DNA from: Octopus sinensis
Lineage: Eukaryota
Assembly: GCF_006345805.1 (NCBI RefSeq)
Contig: NW_021836310.1
Span: forward strand, 1-64,000
Reading direction: 5' to 3'
DNA: 64,000 nt
The notes under the pieces were generated by a model, which worked only from the letters and a program-made list of their open reading frames with translations, ran no database searches and was not told the origin of the DNA. The position numbers and the translations under genes were made by a program. Below are positions 1-14,178 of the stretch, in pieces (the stretch's first letter is position 1; each line of letters starts with the position of its first letter).

Positions 1-459
1 GTATGTACGTGTGCATGTATGTATGCATGCATGTATATATGCATGTATATGTGTGTACGTATGCATGCATGCATGTATGTATGTATGTATGTATGCATGT
101 ATGCATGTGTGCATATATGTATGTACGTATATATGTGTGCATGTATGTATGTATATATGTATGTACGTATATGTGTATGTACGTATACATATATTCATGC
201 ATGCATATATGTACGTATATATGTACGTATGCATGCATGCATGTATATACGTATGTATGTATGTATGTATGTATGTATGTATGTATGTACGTACGTATGT
301 ATGTATATATGTATGTACGTATGTGTGTATGTACGTATGTATGTATTCATGCATGAATATATGTATGTATATATGTACGTATGCATGCATGCATGCATGC
401 ATGTATATACGTAAGTATGTATGTATATATGTATGTATGTAGGTAGGTATGTATATAAT

Positions 460-500
<41 letters not shown>

Positions 501-510
501 GTATGTATGT
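1..510. repeat. Compound alternating purine-pyrimidine microsatellite (TATG/CATG/TACG)
   Basis: Direct reading. Confidence 0.95.
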
Positions 511-892
511 ATACATTTGTGCATGCCTAAATTCTAACTCAATCCTATCCATTTAATTAGCTGAAATTTTACATAATCAAATCTCTTTAATAACAAGCTC
601 CAAGTAATATGATTTCTATGCATTTGTACATTATGTTTTCGTTTATTTGTATATTTTTAGATAAAAACTCAACTTATTTCAATTTTTAAACGTCCTGAAA
701 GTTACAATTCTTAGAGAACCACCAATCGTCTTATGCAAGTTATTTATCCAAAATATTGTAGATTCATGTGATCATAATTATTGTAGGATTTAATGAACCT
801 GGACAAGGCCACGTACTACATTTAAGGTGTGTATGTTTGTGTGAATATACATATACATATTTATTTATTACCTATTCCATTCCGTAAATTTG

Positions 893-930
<38 letters not shown>

Positions 931-1044
931 TAGATAGATAGATATAGATTTACACATACAAATATAGTGCGTATTTGTGTGTATATATATATATATATAT
1001 ATACATTCTTATATTTCGCATATATATATAAACAAATATATATT

Positions 1045-1091
<47 letters not shown>

Positions 1092-1466
1092 ATATGTATA
1101 TCTGTTGATATGTATATATGTATATATAAATATCGGTACGTGTGTACATTATTTTCTGCTGTTGATGACATTGAATTAATATTGCTATTTGCAGTTAATC
1201 CGTTCTAATCCTTTAATTAGACAAATGAGGTTAATCCTGTAATAAACACCTCTACATCAATGGTTTATCCCCTGACATCTTCGTTGATAAACTAATCAGG
1301 ATATTTACACTGACTTACACACTCTCCCTCTCTCTCTCTCTCTTTTCTCTCTCTCTCTCGTTCTCTCCCTCACACACACTACACACTTCTATCTATCTAT
1401 CTATCTATCTATCTATTATCTATCTATTATCTATCATCTTCTATATATATAATATATATATATATC

Positions 1467-1531
<65 letters not shown>

Positions 1532-1675
1532 CGTTACATATAAATATATTGGTCATTAATAAGGGATAAACGCACACATGCAAATTATGAGGGATATTCG
1601 ATTATTTTATCTTACATTTTTCTGTCTCTTTATCTGTCTATTTCCTGGTCTCTCTCACACTTCCTTCTTCTCTTA

Positions 1676-1717
<42 letters not shown>

Positions 1718-1835
1718 CACACACTCATACGCACACACACACACAATCAAGCATGTAATTTTCTCTTTCATTCTTATTAGATACTCTCTCTGCTCCTCTC
1801 ACTCTCTCTTCTTCCCCTGCTCTATCTATCTCTCA

Positions 1836-1894
<59 letters not shown>

Positions 1895-2307
1895 GTGTGC
1901 TGTTGCTACATTTAATATTGTTTGTTGTTCTTGTTGCCATTGTTGTCGTTGGGATCATTGTTGTTGTTGTTCGTGTTGTGGTTGTTTGTTTTGTTTTAGT
2001 CGTTTAGCCCCAGATCAATCCTGTTCAATATGGCGACCTTCTACCGTTAGAATCATTTCCGGGAATTAGACGAAGACATGTTGTGCATATGTCAGGGCGT
2101 TTAAAATTGATGGTTGTTTTGTTTTTGTTTTTTCACTGCTGTTATGTCAAGGATTGTAAGAGATAGAGAGATAAATATATATGTGTATATAATATGATAC
2201 AAATAATATATAAATGTATGCATATATACATACATATACGTGCATACTTACACACACACACACAGACACTCACACACACGCACGCACACACACGCACACC
2301 ACACACA

Positions 2308-2354
<47 letters not shown>

Positions 2355-2462
2355 AATAGAGAACAGATAGATAGATAGACAGACAGACAGACAGGCAGGC
2401 AGGCAGGCAGAAAGATTGAGAGATAGACATACAGACAAAAGGCAGGCAGACAGGCAGACAGG

Positions 2463-2530
<68 letters not shown>

Positions 2531-2710
2531 AAAAGAGCGAGAGACAGACAGACAGATAGATAAAAAGATAAACAAACAGACTGAGAGAGAGAGAGAGAAC
2601 GGAACTATAGGTTTCTGCGAAAACAAACTGTAACCCCTTCTCCACTTCACCTCTTCTCGTCTCTTCCTCATATCCAGCTGGTCATTCATTTTCAGTAAGG
2701 GTGGCCATAT

Positions 2711-2868
2711 AGGCGTAGGAGTGGCTGTGTGGTAAGTAGCTTGCTTATCAACCACATGGTTCCGGGTTCAGTCCCACTGCGTGGAACCTTGGGCAAGTGT
2801 CTTCTACTATAGCAACGCTTTGTGAGTGGATTTGGTAGATGAAAACTGAAAGAAGCCCATTGTGTGTG

Positions 2869-2899
<31 letters not shown>

Positions 2900-3100
2900 C
2901 TGTGTTTGTCCCCCCACATCGCTTGACAACCGATGGTGGTGTGTTTACGTCCTGTAACTTAGCGGTTCGGCAAAAGATACCGATAGAATAAGTACTAGAC
3001 TTCCAAAGAATAAGTCCTGAGGTGGAATTGCTCGACTAAAGGTGATGCTCCAGCATGGCCAGAGTCAAATGACTGAAGCAAGTAAAAGAGTCTAAAGAGT
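2711..3100 (+). mobile_element. tRNA-derived SINE, family A (full length)
   Basis: Head ggcgtaggagtggctgtgtggtaag, B-box-like gggttcagtccc, central (TG)n, tail gactgaagcaagtaaaagag. Confidence 0.85.
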
Positions 3101-3349
3101 ATAGAATCGTGGCCAAAAGTTTTGGAACACAGAATTTGAAAATTAGAATTTTTATATTAAATGTCCAAATATACACGTTGTATATATATATATCTGAATC
3201 GAATTGTGCTCAGGCGTCATTATTTTAATTTTTTTTTAAATGCTCCACCAAACTTTTTGTTAGGACTGTCAAATACTGTAGTGCGGTATTTAGTAAGGTA
3301 TCTCTTAAGGTTCTGAGTTCAAAACCCACCAGAGTCTTAGTATTCAGTA

Positions 3350-3478
3350 CACTAATGCCTCACTTTACGAGGGCCCGCTTTGCGCACAAGCTTTTACGAG
3401 ATTCATTTTTCTGTTTACGAGTTTTCACTTCACGAGCATTCTCCGGGAACGAATTATCTCATGTGTCAAGGCATTACG
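3350..3478. mobile_element. Tigger/pogo-like MITE remnant
   Basis: ta|cactaatgcctcac ... gtcaaggcattacg imperfect TIRs. Confidence 0.45.
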
Positions 3479-3484
3479 ACATTT

Positions 3485-3860
3485 AGTTAAGCGTTTATGC
3501 TTCATTGTGTTGGTGTTACGCAGGTCTGCTCTTTGTATAATCCTCCATATTGGGTTTTATGTGATTTTCATTTCGCATTTGCTGTTTTATTGGTTCTGTG
3601 TAGCGAGCTGTGGTTTGTTGTAGCGAGATTTGGGCGGGATGGAGAAACCTAAACATGGTTGGTATTGTCTATCGTTGACCTAATGTCGTGAGCATAACGT
3701 GCACCTTTGTTGGTGTTTCACATTGCACCAGATAGGTTTGTGTAGTAGTTTTTCTCGGTCAAATCCCGGCCAAACAGAGAAGTAAATAGTGGATGGCCAC
3801 AGAGTATTTACAAGAGTTAGGGTTTAATGTATGTAAATGCTTAACGGAGAATCCTGCCCC
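3485..3860 (-). mobile_element. Degraded Penelope GIY-YIG endonuclease fragment
   Basis: TQTYLVQCET and PIWRIIQRA remnants in shifting frames. Confidence 0.4.
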
Positions 3861-4088
3861 TCACAATATGGAAACACTTCTCATGGCACCAACCAGCTGT
3901 ACTGTGTCTTCTGTGGGGCTATGGATGGTCTATATGTGTATGCTTGTGTGTGATATACTTCTCTAAGTGCGTGAGCGTGTGTCATATGCTTTTGTGTGTC
4001 TGTGAGTATGTGCGCGTGTGTGTGTGCGTATGTAAGTTTGTTTTCTGTGTGTATGTGCATGTAAATGTGTTTTCTGTGTTTGTTTGTT

Positions 4089-4123
<35 letters not shown>

Positions 4124-4364
4124 TATGTTGTTGAGTGTCGTGGTCGGTTGTATTTGTTGTTCTCTGCTGCTACTTGCTCGTGAGAAGAGAGAGAGGGGGA
4201 AAGAGAGAAAGAAAGAGAGAGACAGAAAGGAAGATAAAGAGAGTGTGTGTATGTGTGTGTTTGTGTGTTTGTATTGTGTGTATGTGCGCGCGCGCGTGTC
4301 TGCGCGTGCGCATGTGCGCATGTGTGCGTACGTGGATTCAGCAGGTGTTAATTGAACGGCGTTG

Positions 4365-4690
4365 TGTTGGTGCCAGATTTCCATGTGATTTAAGTCAGGT
4401 TGGAAGAAGTTGTGAGGCAGTGACTGGAGAATGGTGGAAAGCCGTCTCTATAGAATCTCTCAGTCTATGGATTCTTCTGGTATTCCAATACCGGAAATTG
4501 CAATGTCTTCAAGTCTTGTTTTTCTACACTCCATAAAGCTGGCAATCTAACAAACAGCTTGATCGTCAAAGAATTGGGAGTGTTTCTCAAAGGAATTGGT
4601 TAACGTTTCCTATAGATACGAGTTGCAAGGAATGGAATCGAAGGTTTTGCTGATACCGATGGTTGTTAGAATTGTACAAGTGGGAGCTCT
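4365..4690 (-). mobile_element. Possible CR1/L2-group LINE 3' remnant
   Basis: Weak TIKLFVRLPA..DLKT similarity to LINE ORF2 C-termini. Confidence 0.3.
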
Positions 4691-4721
4691 GTTGTTGTTG
4701 TTGGTGGTGGTGAAGTCGAGT

Positions 4722-4860
4722 GGTCCAGTGGATGGTCTGTTCGGCTCATGATCATAAGGCCATGGGTTCGATTACTGGATCGAGTGATGCGTTGTGTCCT
4801 TGAACAAGGCACTTCATTTCCCGTTGCTCCAACCTACTCAGCTATAATGAGTACTGGCTG
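4722..4860 (+). mobile_element. tRNA-derived SINE family C, 5' part; probable 3' part of the same family at 53238-53418
   Basis: gtggtccagtgg A box, gggttcgattactgg B box, gtgtccttgaacaaggcactt central domain. Confidence 0.6.
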
Positions 4861-5080
4861 AGTGTTGGTGTAGTCTTCTCTTTCTCCCCTCTCTCTCTCT
4901 CTTTCTCTCTCACTTTCTCTCTCCCTCACTTTCTCTCTCTCACTCTCTCTACTTTTTTCTCTCTCTCTCTTTCTCTCTCACTTTCTTTCTCTCTTACTTT
5001 CTCTCTCTCTCTACTTTTCTCTCTCTCTCTCTCTCTCTATCTCTCTCACTTTTTTCTCTCTCACTTTCTCTTTCTCTCTA

Positions 5081-5124
<44 letters not shown>

Positions 5125-5378
5125 CTCTCCATCCGTCGTGTCCTGGATGTTCCGTTGGGTTAACGGTGGGAGAATCAAAAATGTGTTTGAACTGCACGCG
5201 ACAACACAGGCCTCTAAAGCAATTAGGAAAAGCACGGTACACGCTACCAGGTTATATTTACACTAGTGATTACTAAGCTGACAAATGTGTCAATATAGTG
5301 CTATGGCTGGGTACAGAAATCTAATCAGGGCTTAATTTAAAGTGAGGAATATGTGGATTAATGATATACACATATAGG

Positions 5379-5512
5379 CAGGGACGGACTGAGCCGTCTG
5401 TCAATCGGGCACTGTCCGAGAGCCTGGAGCTCTGAGAGGCCCGCACTCTACATATTAACCCTATCAAAATACACATTCAAAGAGGGCCCTTAATATTCCG
5501 AGTCCGCCCCAG
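5379..5512. mobile_element. hAT-like MITE
   Basis: TIR cagggacggact / agtccgccccag; 8-bp TSD catatagg / catgtaga (6 of 8). Confidence 0.65.
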
Positions 5513-5874
5513 CATGTAGAGCATGTATAAGAGGGTTGCCCTACGTTATTGATAGTTAGAGATGTAGAGCTGAAGCTGATACCTTGGGAATATTCATTGC
5601 ACTTAGTTTGGAGAACTACGTGAGAGATTACTACTATGTTACTTAGCCCCTTTCCTGTGGAAACTGGTATATCCACTCAAACTTTCATTATCCTCAGCTG
5701 AGGAAAGCAGTTTTATATAACAATCTATCTTTTGTTAAGGCATGTCATGTTTGGAATTATTTTTGTTGATATAAGTCGAGTTTATTGAAGCAACGTAATT
5801 TGCAAAAAATACCAATTCTATTTTTTACTAGATGTTTAACATCATTACTAGAATAACCATATCCAGGCTCTGCT

Positions 5875-6120
5875 GTTGGTTAGGCTGAGAGAAGCAAACG
5901 GTCAAGGAATCGGACGCTCTCCGACAGGTTTATGGTCGAGCCTGTGGCAGTGGACACCTCCGGCGTTCTTGGCCCCCGGAGCATATCCCAGATCATCCGT
6001 TATCGGGATGGAGATGGCTGTTTGTAAGAGCGAACCCCTGGAGTCAGAGTGGCTATTCCAGCACAACTCCCTCGCAATCATCCTAGGCAATGCCTTTTAC
6101 CATTTTTTTCCTGGGGCCAT
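5875..6120 (+). mobile_element. CRE/SLACS-like LINE 3' fragment (REL endonuclease C-terminus)
   Basis: AERSKRS..LSDRFMVEPVAVDTSGVLGP and ESEWLFQHNSLAIILGNA across a frameshift. Confidence 0.7.
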
Positions 6121-6435
6121 GAGACTGACGTACAGGAAATTGTACGTTCCACTCTTTCAATCCTTAGATACATGCAAAAATTTATTTTAATTCATTAGAG
6201 AACGTATTGCTTACATTTCAAAATGTCCAAAACGCTTTATTAAAGCTACCATGAAAGTTAATTGCGCAATTAAAGTGTTAAAATGTAAAGAGAATTCAGT
6301 TGTGATACGACTGTATCACCACATGTTGTAATTGCATTTCTATCAGCCTATTTGCCTTGTGTGTGCTAAAGTCTCTTCCACTGATAGTAATGTTGGGTTG
6401 TCTGACCTAATGAAAATATCACTATATCACGGGTG

Positions 6436-6477
<42 letters not shown>

Positions 6478-6870
6478 TTTGTCCAAGACGACCATCTCCA
6501 ATATGGCTTTTTGTCTTTCCTTTCTAAGACAGCAGGCTGCTACTTGAGAATGATTCAGCTGTTATTTCTAGACTTCCCTCGCTGTTTCGTCTTCTCATTT
6601 CTTCTCTCGTTGACTCATCCGTTTAATATATCCATATGTTGCTTAGTCATGTGAAATAATTGAATATATATTCCCTAAGAGAGTTATACATTTTTTAATT
6701 ACGCTTTATTGATCTCTACAAACTACTTTATTTGATCTCGTCTTTAAATTCTTTAAGTTGGAAACATGATTTTTTTTACTTATCACCGTTTTATTATCAA
6801 CATCATCACCATCACCGTCAGTGTCATCGTTGTTGACTTCTTCTTACTATTATTATTATTATTATTATTA

Positions 6871-6916
<46 letters not shown>

Positions 6917-7029
6917 CATCGTTTTCTTATCTTCTAATTCTGTTTATGTTTAAGTCTAAATATTTTTGTTCCTTTTTCCTCTCATTCTGTCACTGAACAA
7001 CAACAACGATATGTGTGTGTGTGTGTGAG

Positions 7030-7210
7030 TGTAGGGAGAATTCACGAAAAATACAAAAGACGAAGACAGGTGGTGTAGAAAACAAACAGATGTATTAGTA
7101 TAACGCTCAGGAATTGAAAAAGTCTTTTACGTTTCGAGCCTACGCTCTTCCACAGAAAGAAGTGCAGAAAGAAACAAGGAGAGAAAAAACATGTGTGTAG
7201 TGGCTAGTGA
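7030..7210 (-). mobile_element. Penelope-like terminal repeat with degenerate minimal hammerhead (7121-7159)
   Basis: cuuu-CUGUGGA-A-GAGC(guag)GCUC-GAAA-cg-UA-aaag; A6 substituted. Confidence 0.6.
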
Positions 7211-7834
7211 TCTATCATGATACATACATACAGTACCTGAACCATTCGCATACTGTCTTGTGGTTATCGCGAGAGAAGCTGTGTGTGGTGGACGAGGCTG
7301 GAAGGATTGAAGAAAGACATTTTCCCCTTCGGTCAAATCCTGATCAATTTTTTCTTAAAGTTCTATTTGAAAAGTGATGATGGGGAGAGAAGAGTTCTCT
7401 CCTAGTAAATTTATAAAAAGGTGGGTTACTGTGGCAAAAATAATCTGGGTGAATGCTCCTATTCTGAGTGTGTGACTGCAGATTAGAGAACAACAGTTGA
7501 GTGGAGGCTCGTGCCTTTGGTGATCAGGGTGATCCTGGTTCTGTGGAGTTCATTGATTGACTCCAGTCGGAGGTTCTCCTGTATCAGGACCACATCATTC
7601 ATGGGTTCACACACTTTGCATAACATGTTTACTTTTATCTCACTTTATTGTCTTTTCCCTCTCTTACCTCACATTTTTATGTAAGCCACACCACACAAAT
7701 TATGGACTGTCCTTGTGATGTCCCCCTCGTCTAATACCTCAGTAGCAAGTAACGGAAATCCTCATCGCTACGACCATTACCAGTGTTGTTATTGTTGCTG
7801 TCTTCTTTTTCTTCTTCTTCTTCTTCTTCTTCTT

Positions 7835-7836
7835 AA

Positions 7837-7932
<96 letters not shown>

Positions 7933-8550
7933 TATCATCATCATTATTTACTTTTAATTTGCATGTTGGTTACAATCACTTGCCGAGACACACCCAGCGT
8001 CTTAGGGCGAGTGAAGGATAAGAGATGTTAAAGTATGATTGAAAGTTGGGGGTGGGCGGTAAGTCGTAGGGGCAGTAGTGAAATATCTTCATGTAATACA
8101 GCACAGACTTTTAGATTAATAAGGTTTTTCTAAGGATGTGGGCAGCACTTGTCAGCAAAATCTTTTGAATTTCTCTGAGACACGGTTACCCTGGTGTAAT
8201 ATCTAGATGTTTCTGATATCCCTTATTATACCTAGAATAACGGGAACAGTTCACGCTTTAAGATGCCACATCTTTTGTATTTCAATTTCCAGGTCCTTAT
8301 AGTTACTTAATTTGTCAAATTCCTTTACATATATATTTTTATCAGTAGGAACACTATTACTCTACAAGTATTTCTTCCTTGTCTTTAATGACTATGTCTG
8401 GTCGATTAGCCTGGATCGTTTTGTCGGTGTTGACTGGAAAATCTCAGAGGATAGTGACATTTTTACCTTCAACGACTGGCTCAGGATGATGTTCATACCA
8501 GTTGGCAGGAATTCTGATTTCGTAGTGTTTACATATTTTCCAGTGTAAAT
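7835..8550 (-). mobile_element. 5'-truncated R4/Dong-clade LINE 3' end with (TAA/TGA)n tail
   Basis: LHWKICKHY..NWYEHHPEPVVEG..DFPVNTDKTIQANRPDIVI..YKDLEIEIQKMWHLK..ILRKTL (REL endonuclease region). Confidence 0.85.
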
Positions 8551-8624
8551 GATGTCCTATTATTATCATAATTATAATTATAACTATCATCATCATCTTC
8601 ATCATCATCATCATTTTTTATTTT

Positions 8625-8824
8625 CTCTTTTACTTGTTTCAGTCATTTGACTGTGGCCATGCTGGAGCACCGCCTTTAGTCGAGCAAATCGACCCCAGGA
8701 CTTATTCTTTGAAAGCCTAGTACTTATTCTATCGATCTCTCTTGCCGAAACGCTAAGTTACGGGGACGTAAACACACCGGCATCGGTTGTCAAGCGATAC
8801 TGGGGGACAAACACAGACACACTA

Positions 8825-8871
<47 letters not shown>

Positions 8872-9051
8872 CATATATATATATATACGATGGGCTTGTT
8901 TCAGTTTCCGTCTACCAAATCCACTCACATGTTTTTGGTCGGCCCGAGGCTATAATAGAAGACACTTGCCCAAGGTGCCACGCAGTGGGACTGAACCGGG
9001 AACCATGTGGTTGGTAAGCAAGCTACTTACCACACAGCCACTCCTGCGCCT
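8625..9051 (-). mobile_element. SINE family A, full length
   Basis: Reverse complement of the 2711-3100 element. Confidence 0.85.
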
Positions 9052-9064
9052 ATGGGCAATAGTT

Positions 9065-9790
9065 TCATCAACTTTATTACATATTTGGTACAACGAAGGT
9101 ACTTGATTATTTCTAAGACTGACCCTCCGGGTTACGGCTAAAGGTTCATTTTGTACTGCAGCATAGAGCTCTCAGTTCCCATTTTAATTGTTCCTTTCAT
9201 TAACCGGTCACAGCTGTGTTCTCTAGTAATTTCAGCTGTGTCCACATGAAATTGTTTGTGTAACCCCTTTTTGAGTAACGCTTCTTCATGTCCTTCTTGT
9301 AATACTTGTCTCCTTTCTCCTTTTCCCCTGCTTTCGATGTGTCCTCTTCTTTTACTGCTACTAGGTTAGATATTTCAGCAAGTTCCCATCTTCAATATGT
9401 TCGCAGTCTTCCACACTTATCAGTGCCCTTCCTCCTGTTGTTCTCTTCATGTATAGACGGTCAATATCTGCACATGGATCAAAGGCTTCATGTATATCTT
9501 GAAGCTTTCTCACCTTCCTGTCCAGCTCATTTAGCTTATCTTCTGTCTACCTCAGAATTCCAGCCCCATAATGCATCGCAGCAACTGCGCGCGAGTTTAT
9601 AGCCGAAATTATATTTCCAGCACATAACTTAGAATTCATTGTCTTTCTCAGTTGTCGCAGATACTTTTTCCTTGTCTTTTCTTTCATATCACCATACTTA
9701 ATCCCATTTGCCTCAAGTATTCCTAGGAATTTATATTCGAATTCAGGTTCTTCAATTGCTTTCATTTCACCATTTCACCATTTGACTTAT
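9065..9790 (-). mobile_element. R4/Dong-clade LINE fragment (post-RT region)
   Basis: YKFLGILEANGIK..MKEK..YLRQLRK..SKLCAGNIISAIN..YGAGIL..LDRKVRK..DIDRLY. Confidence 0.8.
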
Positions 9791-10024
9791 ACCTTCTGTT
9801 CCGACCAGCTTTCCTCTTCTCATCGCCATCACAATACATTTTGAAAATCCAAACTCGACTGCTTAAAGTCAAGCAACTGACAAGAAAATCTGTGGTATTG
9901 AGCAGAATATTTGCTGTAGCCCATCTTTTATGCCAAGACAAAACAATCTACATGGTAAGACTTCTAGTAGTTAAGATCAGAAGCCATGAGAGCCACTGTC
10001 TGGTACTGCATTAGGGCTATTCTT

Positions 10025-10081
<57 letters not shown>

Positions 10082-10087
<6 letters not shown>

Positions 10088-10606
10088 GAGTGAGAGAGCT
10101 GCGCATGCCATCAAAGCGACACTGGAGTGCAAATATACGAAGTCCCATAGACCTATCACGACTACCTGTCTGAAAAAGGTACACCAGGCACATGCATCAC
10201 AACATGTGTGCGCGACATGGTGATCTCATATCAAGAAACTGCGTGTGACCTTGCAGTTAGTATTTTCTTCAGGTCAAATAACCCATCCCGTTCAAAAGAT
10301 CGCTGAATAAGGGTTGTTTAAGGATGATGAACGAAACACCCATGTTTCTAGAAGGGAATTATTCAAATCTCAAAGAATTCTTCCCAACACATGGCTACGA
10401 TGCTCCCCCACTACCCCTACTCGTGATCAGTCATGCACATATTGTCAACCAGCAGGGGACATGTTCAACTGGTTAAGGTCAAGCAACTGACAAGCAAATC
10501 TGTGGTATTGAACAGAATATTTGCTGTAGCGTATCTTTTATACCAAGACAAAACATTACATGATAACACTTCCAGCCACGAGAGCCACTGCCTGGTACTG
10601 CATGAG
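10082..10606 (+). mobile_element. About 530-bp non-coding interspersed element flanked by (TTA)n on both sides
   Basis: Colinear similarity to 22020-22570; partial copies at 9866-10017 and about 14452-14625 (inverted). Confidence 0.8.
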
Positions 10607-10653
10607 GACTATTATTATTATCATTATTATCATTATTATTATTATTATTATTA

Positions 10654-10762
<109 letters not shown>

Positions 10763-11150
10763 CATCATCATCATCATCATCAACATCATCTTCATTGTTT
10801 TATAGACAACATTACGGATTTTCCAAGAGTTAGTCAGCAAACTCGTAGTTAGTAAAGGGTGCTAAAGAATACTGGTAAGAATCAAGAGATAAGCTGACAA
10901 ATTTTAATCCTCTATTATCTTAATTCTCCGCTATCTTTCATTCTCCATTATCTCAGCCAGATCTATCCACATATAAAATATATCAGACACTGAACGAGAT
11001 AAACAAAGTCTTTGTTTGCGTCAAACAAACCATATTCCTATGAACTATATACTACCAAGATCGTGTTGTTTGGAATCACTCTTAATTGTTCTGGTAGAGA
11101 CGATTCGGAAATTTTATGGCATTACTTGTTTCAATGCAGAAATCACCAGT

Positions 11151-11291
<141 letters not shown>

Positions 11292-11419
11292 CAGAGAAAC
11301 AGACAGACAGACAGACAAAAAGAAAGAAAGAGAAAGAGAGAGGGAAGACATATCTGAAATGGTCTTTAACAAAATCTACCAAAACTGGAGGTGCAATATA
11401 TTCTTAAGGATCCACCAAC

Positions 11420-12180
11420 AGTAAATCAACCCCGTACCTATCCAAAGCATTCATAAGTTTGTCCTAAAAATCTACGTCTGACGCTTGAAAACAGAATTTC
11501 TTTCATATGTGAGGCATGAACACCGAGGAAATAGGTGGTGCTTTAGACAAAAGAGCAAATCAGTCCTGTTAGAAGACATTGTGTGACATTGGTGAATTAT
11601 GTTATCGAAAATATATCGTTATAGTCAACCTATCTGTGACATTAACCCCTTGCCAGCCCAAAGCATTTTCATGGGTCTGTCCAAAACGTCCATGCTTGTT
11701 TCATATGTTCTGAGTAATATAAAGCTTTTCTTCGTAAGTTCCAAGTTACTCAGGTGGTAAAAACATTGAGAATATGTATCATATTTATGGCCTGTATACC
11801 AGGTAACTATAGGGGAACTTTCTAGGTGCAATACCATGGTTATTCATGACCGAAGGAGGTCTTTATACCTGATAGGTATGTCCTGATTATAACGTGACAA
11901 AATGCTAAGCAGTTCTGTTAGAAGAGGCAATTTAGTGTGACTTTGGTGAATTATGTTATCGAAAATACATCTTTAGTGTGAACCTATGTGTGACGTTAAC
12001 CCCTTGCCTGCCCAAAGAATTTTCATAAGTTTGTCCTAAAAGTCCATGCTTGTTTTCAGACTTTCAGACATTCTGAGTGATATAAAGTTTTCCTTTCATA
12101 AGTCCCAGTTTACTTCGATAATTGAAAAGAAATTGTGAGTGTGAACCATTTATAATGCATGAACACCAGGGAAAAAATTA
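11420..12180. repeat. Diverged tandem repeat, about 349-bp unit, roughly 2.5 copies
   Basis: ag(t/c)ctgttagaaga at 11562 and 11911; ccaaag(c/a)att at 11442, 11658, 12012. Confidence 0.8.
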
Positions 12181-12229
12181 TTGTGTATAACACATGATAC
12201 ACAGGACAGGTGAAATGTTATATCATTAT

Positions 12230-12860
12230 TTCATCGAATCCGAAAGGATAAAATACACAGTTGACTCAAAAGGGATTTGAACTCACGTGAAGAACCAGAA
12301 TTTGCTAAATAGCATAAAATTTCAAATTTGGACGCAAGACCAGCAAGTTTAGGAGAAGGGGCTAGTCGATTATATCAACTGGTACTTATTTAATCGATCA
12401 CAAAAGGACGAAAGACAAAGTCGTTCTTGGCGGAATTTGAACTCAGAACATAAAAACGGACGAAATACCGCTAAGTATTTCGCCCGGCGTGCTAATGCTT
12501 CTGCCAGCTCACCGCCTTAAATATTCTTTTCACAAAGCCCGAAATTTTGGGGAGGGGCCCAGTCGATTAGAGCGACCCCAGTACACATCTGGTACTTTAT
12601 TTATCGACCCCGAAAGGATGAAAGGCAAAGTCGACCTCGGCGGAATTTGGACTCAGAACGTAAAGACAGACGAAATACCGCTAAGCATTTCACCCGGCGT
12701 GCTAACGATTCTACCAGCTCACCGGTTTGCTGCTAAATATAAAAATGATTTCTAACATTTCCACAACGAAGTCCATTCCGCTGGGATTGGAACTCAGAAT
12801 GTAATGGGTGGCTCATATATACCACAAAGCATTTGGCTGCTGCTCAACTGATTCTGTCAA
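12230..12860 (-). mobile_element. Cluster of SINE family B copies
   Basis: Repeated cggcggaatttgaactcagaac / cccgaaaggatgaaaggcaaagtcgacc motifs. Confidence 0.8.
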
Positions 12861-13087
12861 TCTATTCTCCTATATAATGAAAATACTAACAATAACGTAT
12901 TAATGGAATACATTCAAGAGAAAAACTAATTAAATTTCATCAGAACCGTTGTTGTCAGTATTATTTATTTAATATTGCTATTGGTTACCAATGCTAATGC
13001 GTGCATGTGTGTGTGTGTGTGTGTGTGTGTGTATCCTATATATAATGCGTTCATGTAAAAGTGTATAAGTGTATCTACATCTGTCTG

Positions 13088-13120
<33 letters not shown>

Positions 13121-13784
13121 ATATATATATATATATATGTATATGTGTGTGTGTGTATGTATGTTTATGTGTGCGTGTGTGTATGTGTATGCATGCATAT
13201 ATATATATCTATATATATATATATATACATATGTATCTATATATATGTGTCTGTGTGTGTTATATATATATACACACGCACACACACAAACACATACATA
13301 ATACATATGTATACAAACATTCACACTTACACACACACAAGAGTTTTATTTGATAAAAATCGATATTACGAGATGATCGAACCGTTCCCTTTTCAATCAT
13401 TATCAGATGTCTTTATTCCTACTCACATGTACACAGTCACAGGCACACGCCAATACCTTACACGCACACACACATCTGCAGACATGCACACGCACACACA
13501 CACATCTGCAGACATGCACCTGCACACACACACACACACACATCTACATACATGCACTCACACACACCTACACCCAGGGACGCGCACACCTACACATAAA
13601 AGACAGACATACACAGATATATACAAACACTGTTCCAACCAGTTTTACAAATAAATGGTCTTACACAAACCAGTCCGCACTATGTACACATCGGAGAATA
13701 AGACAAACTGATGACGATCGGAGATCGAACCCGATCGAAGCGTTGTGTACATATAAACATTAATGTCTTAATATTTTATTCAAG

Positions 13785-14178
13785 TAAGGCGGCGATCTGG
13801 CAGAAACATTAGCACGCCGAACGAAATACTTAGAGGTTTTTCATCTGCCGCTACGTTCTGAGTTCAAATTCCATCGAGGTCGACTTCGCCTTTCATCCTT
13901 TCAGGGTCGATTAAATAAGTACCAGTTACACACTGGGGTCGATATATTCGACTTAATCCGTTTGTCTGTCCTTGTTTGTCCTCTCTGTGTTTAGCCCTTT
14001 GTGGGTAGTAAAGAAATAGGTATTTCGTCTGTCTTTACGTTCTGAGTTCAAATTCCGCCGAGATCGACCTTGCTTTTCATCCTTTCGGGGTCGATAAATT
14101 AAGTACCAGTTGCGTACTGGGGTCGATCTAATCGACTGGCCCCCTCCCCCAAAACTTCGGGTCTTGTACCTAGAGTAG
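13785..14178 (+). mobile_element. Dimeric SINE family B (head-body-spacer-body-tail)
   Basis: Two bodies with gttcaaattcc B box joined by ttaatccgtttgtctgtccttgtttgtc spacer. Confidence 0.85.

Noticed and set aside
2711-2790. tRNA genes at SINE heads
   Set aside because: No complete cloverleaf; they continue into SINE bodies.
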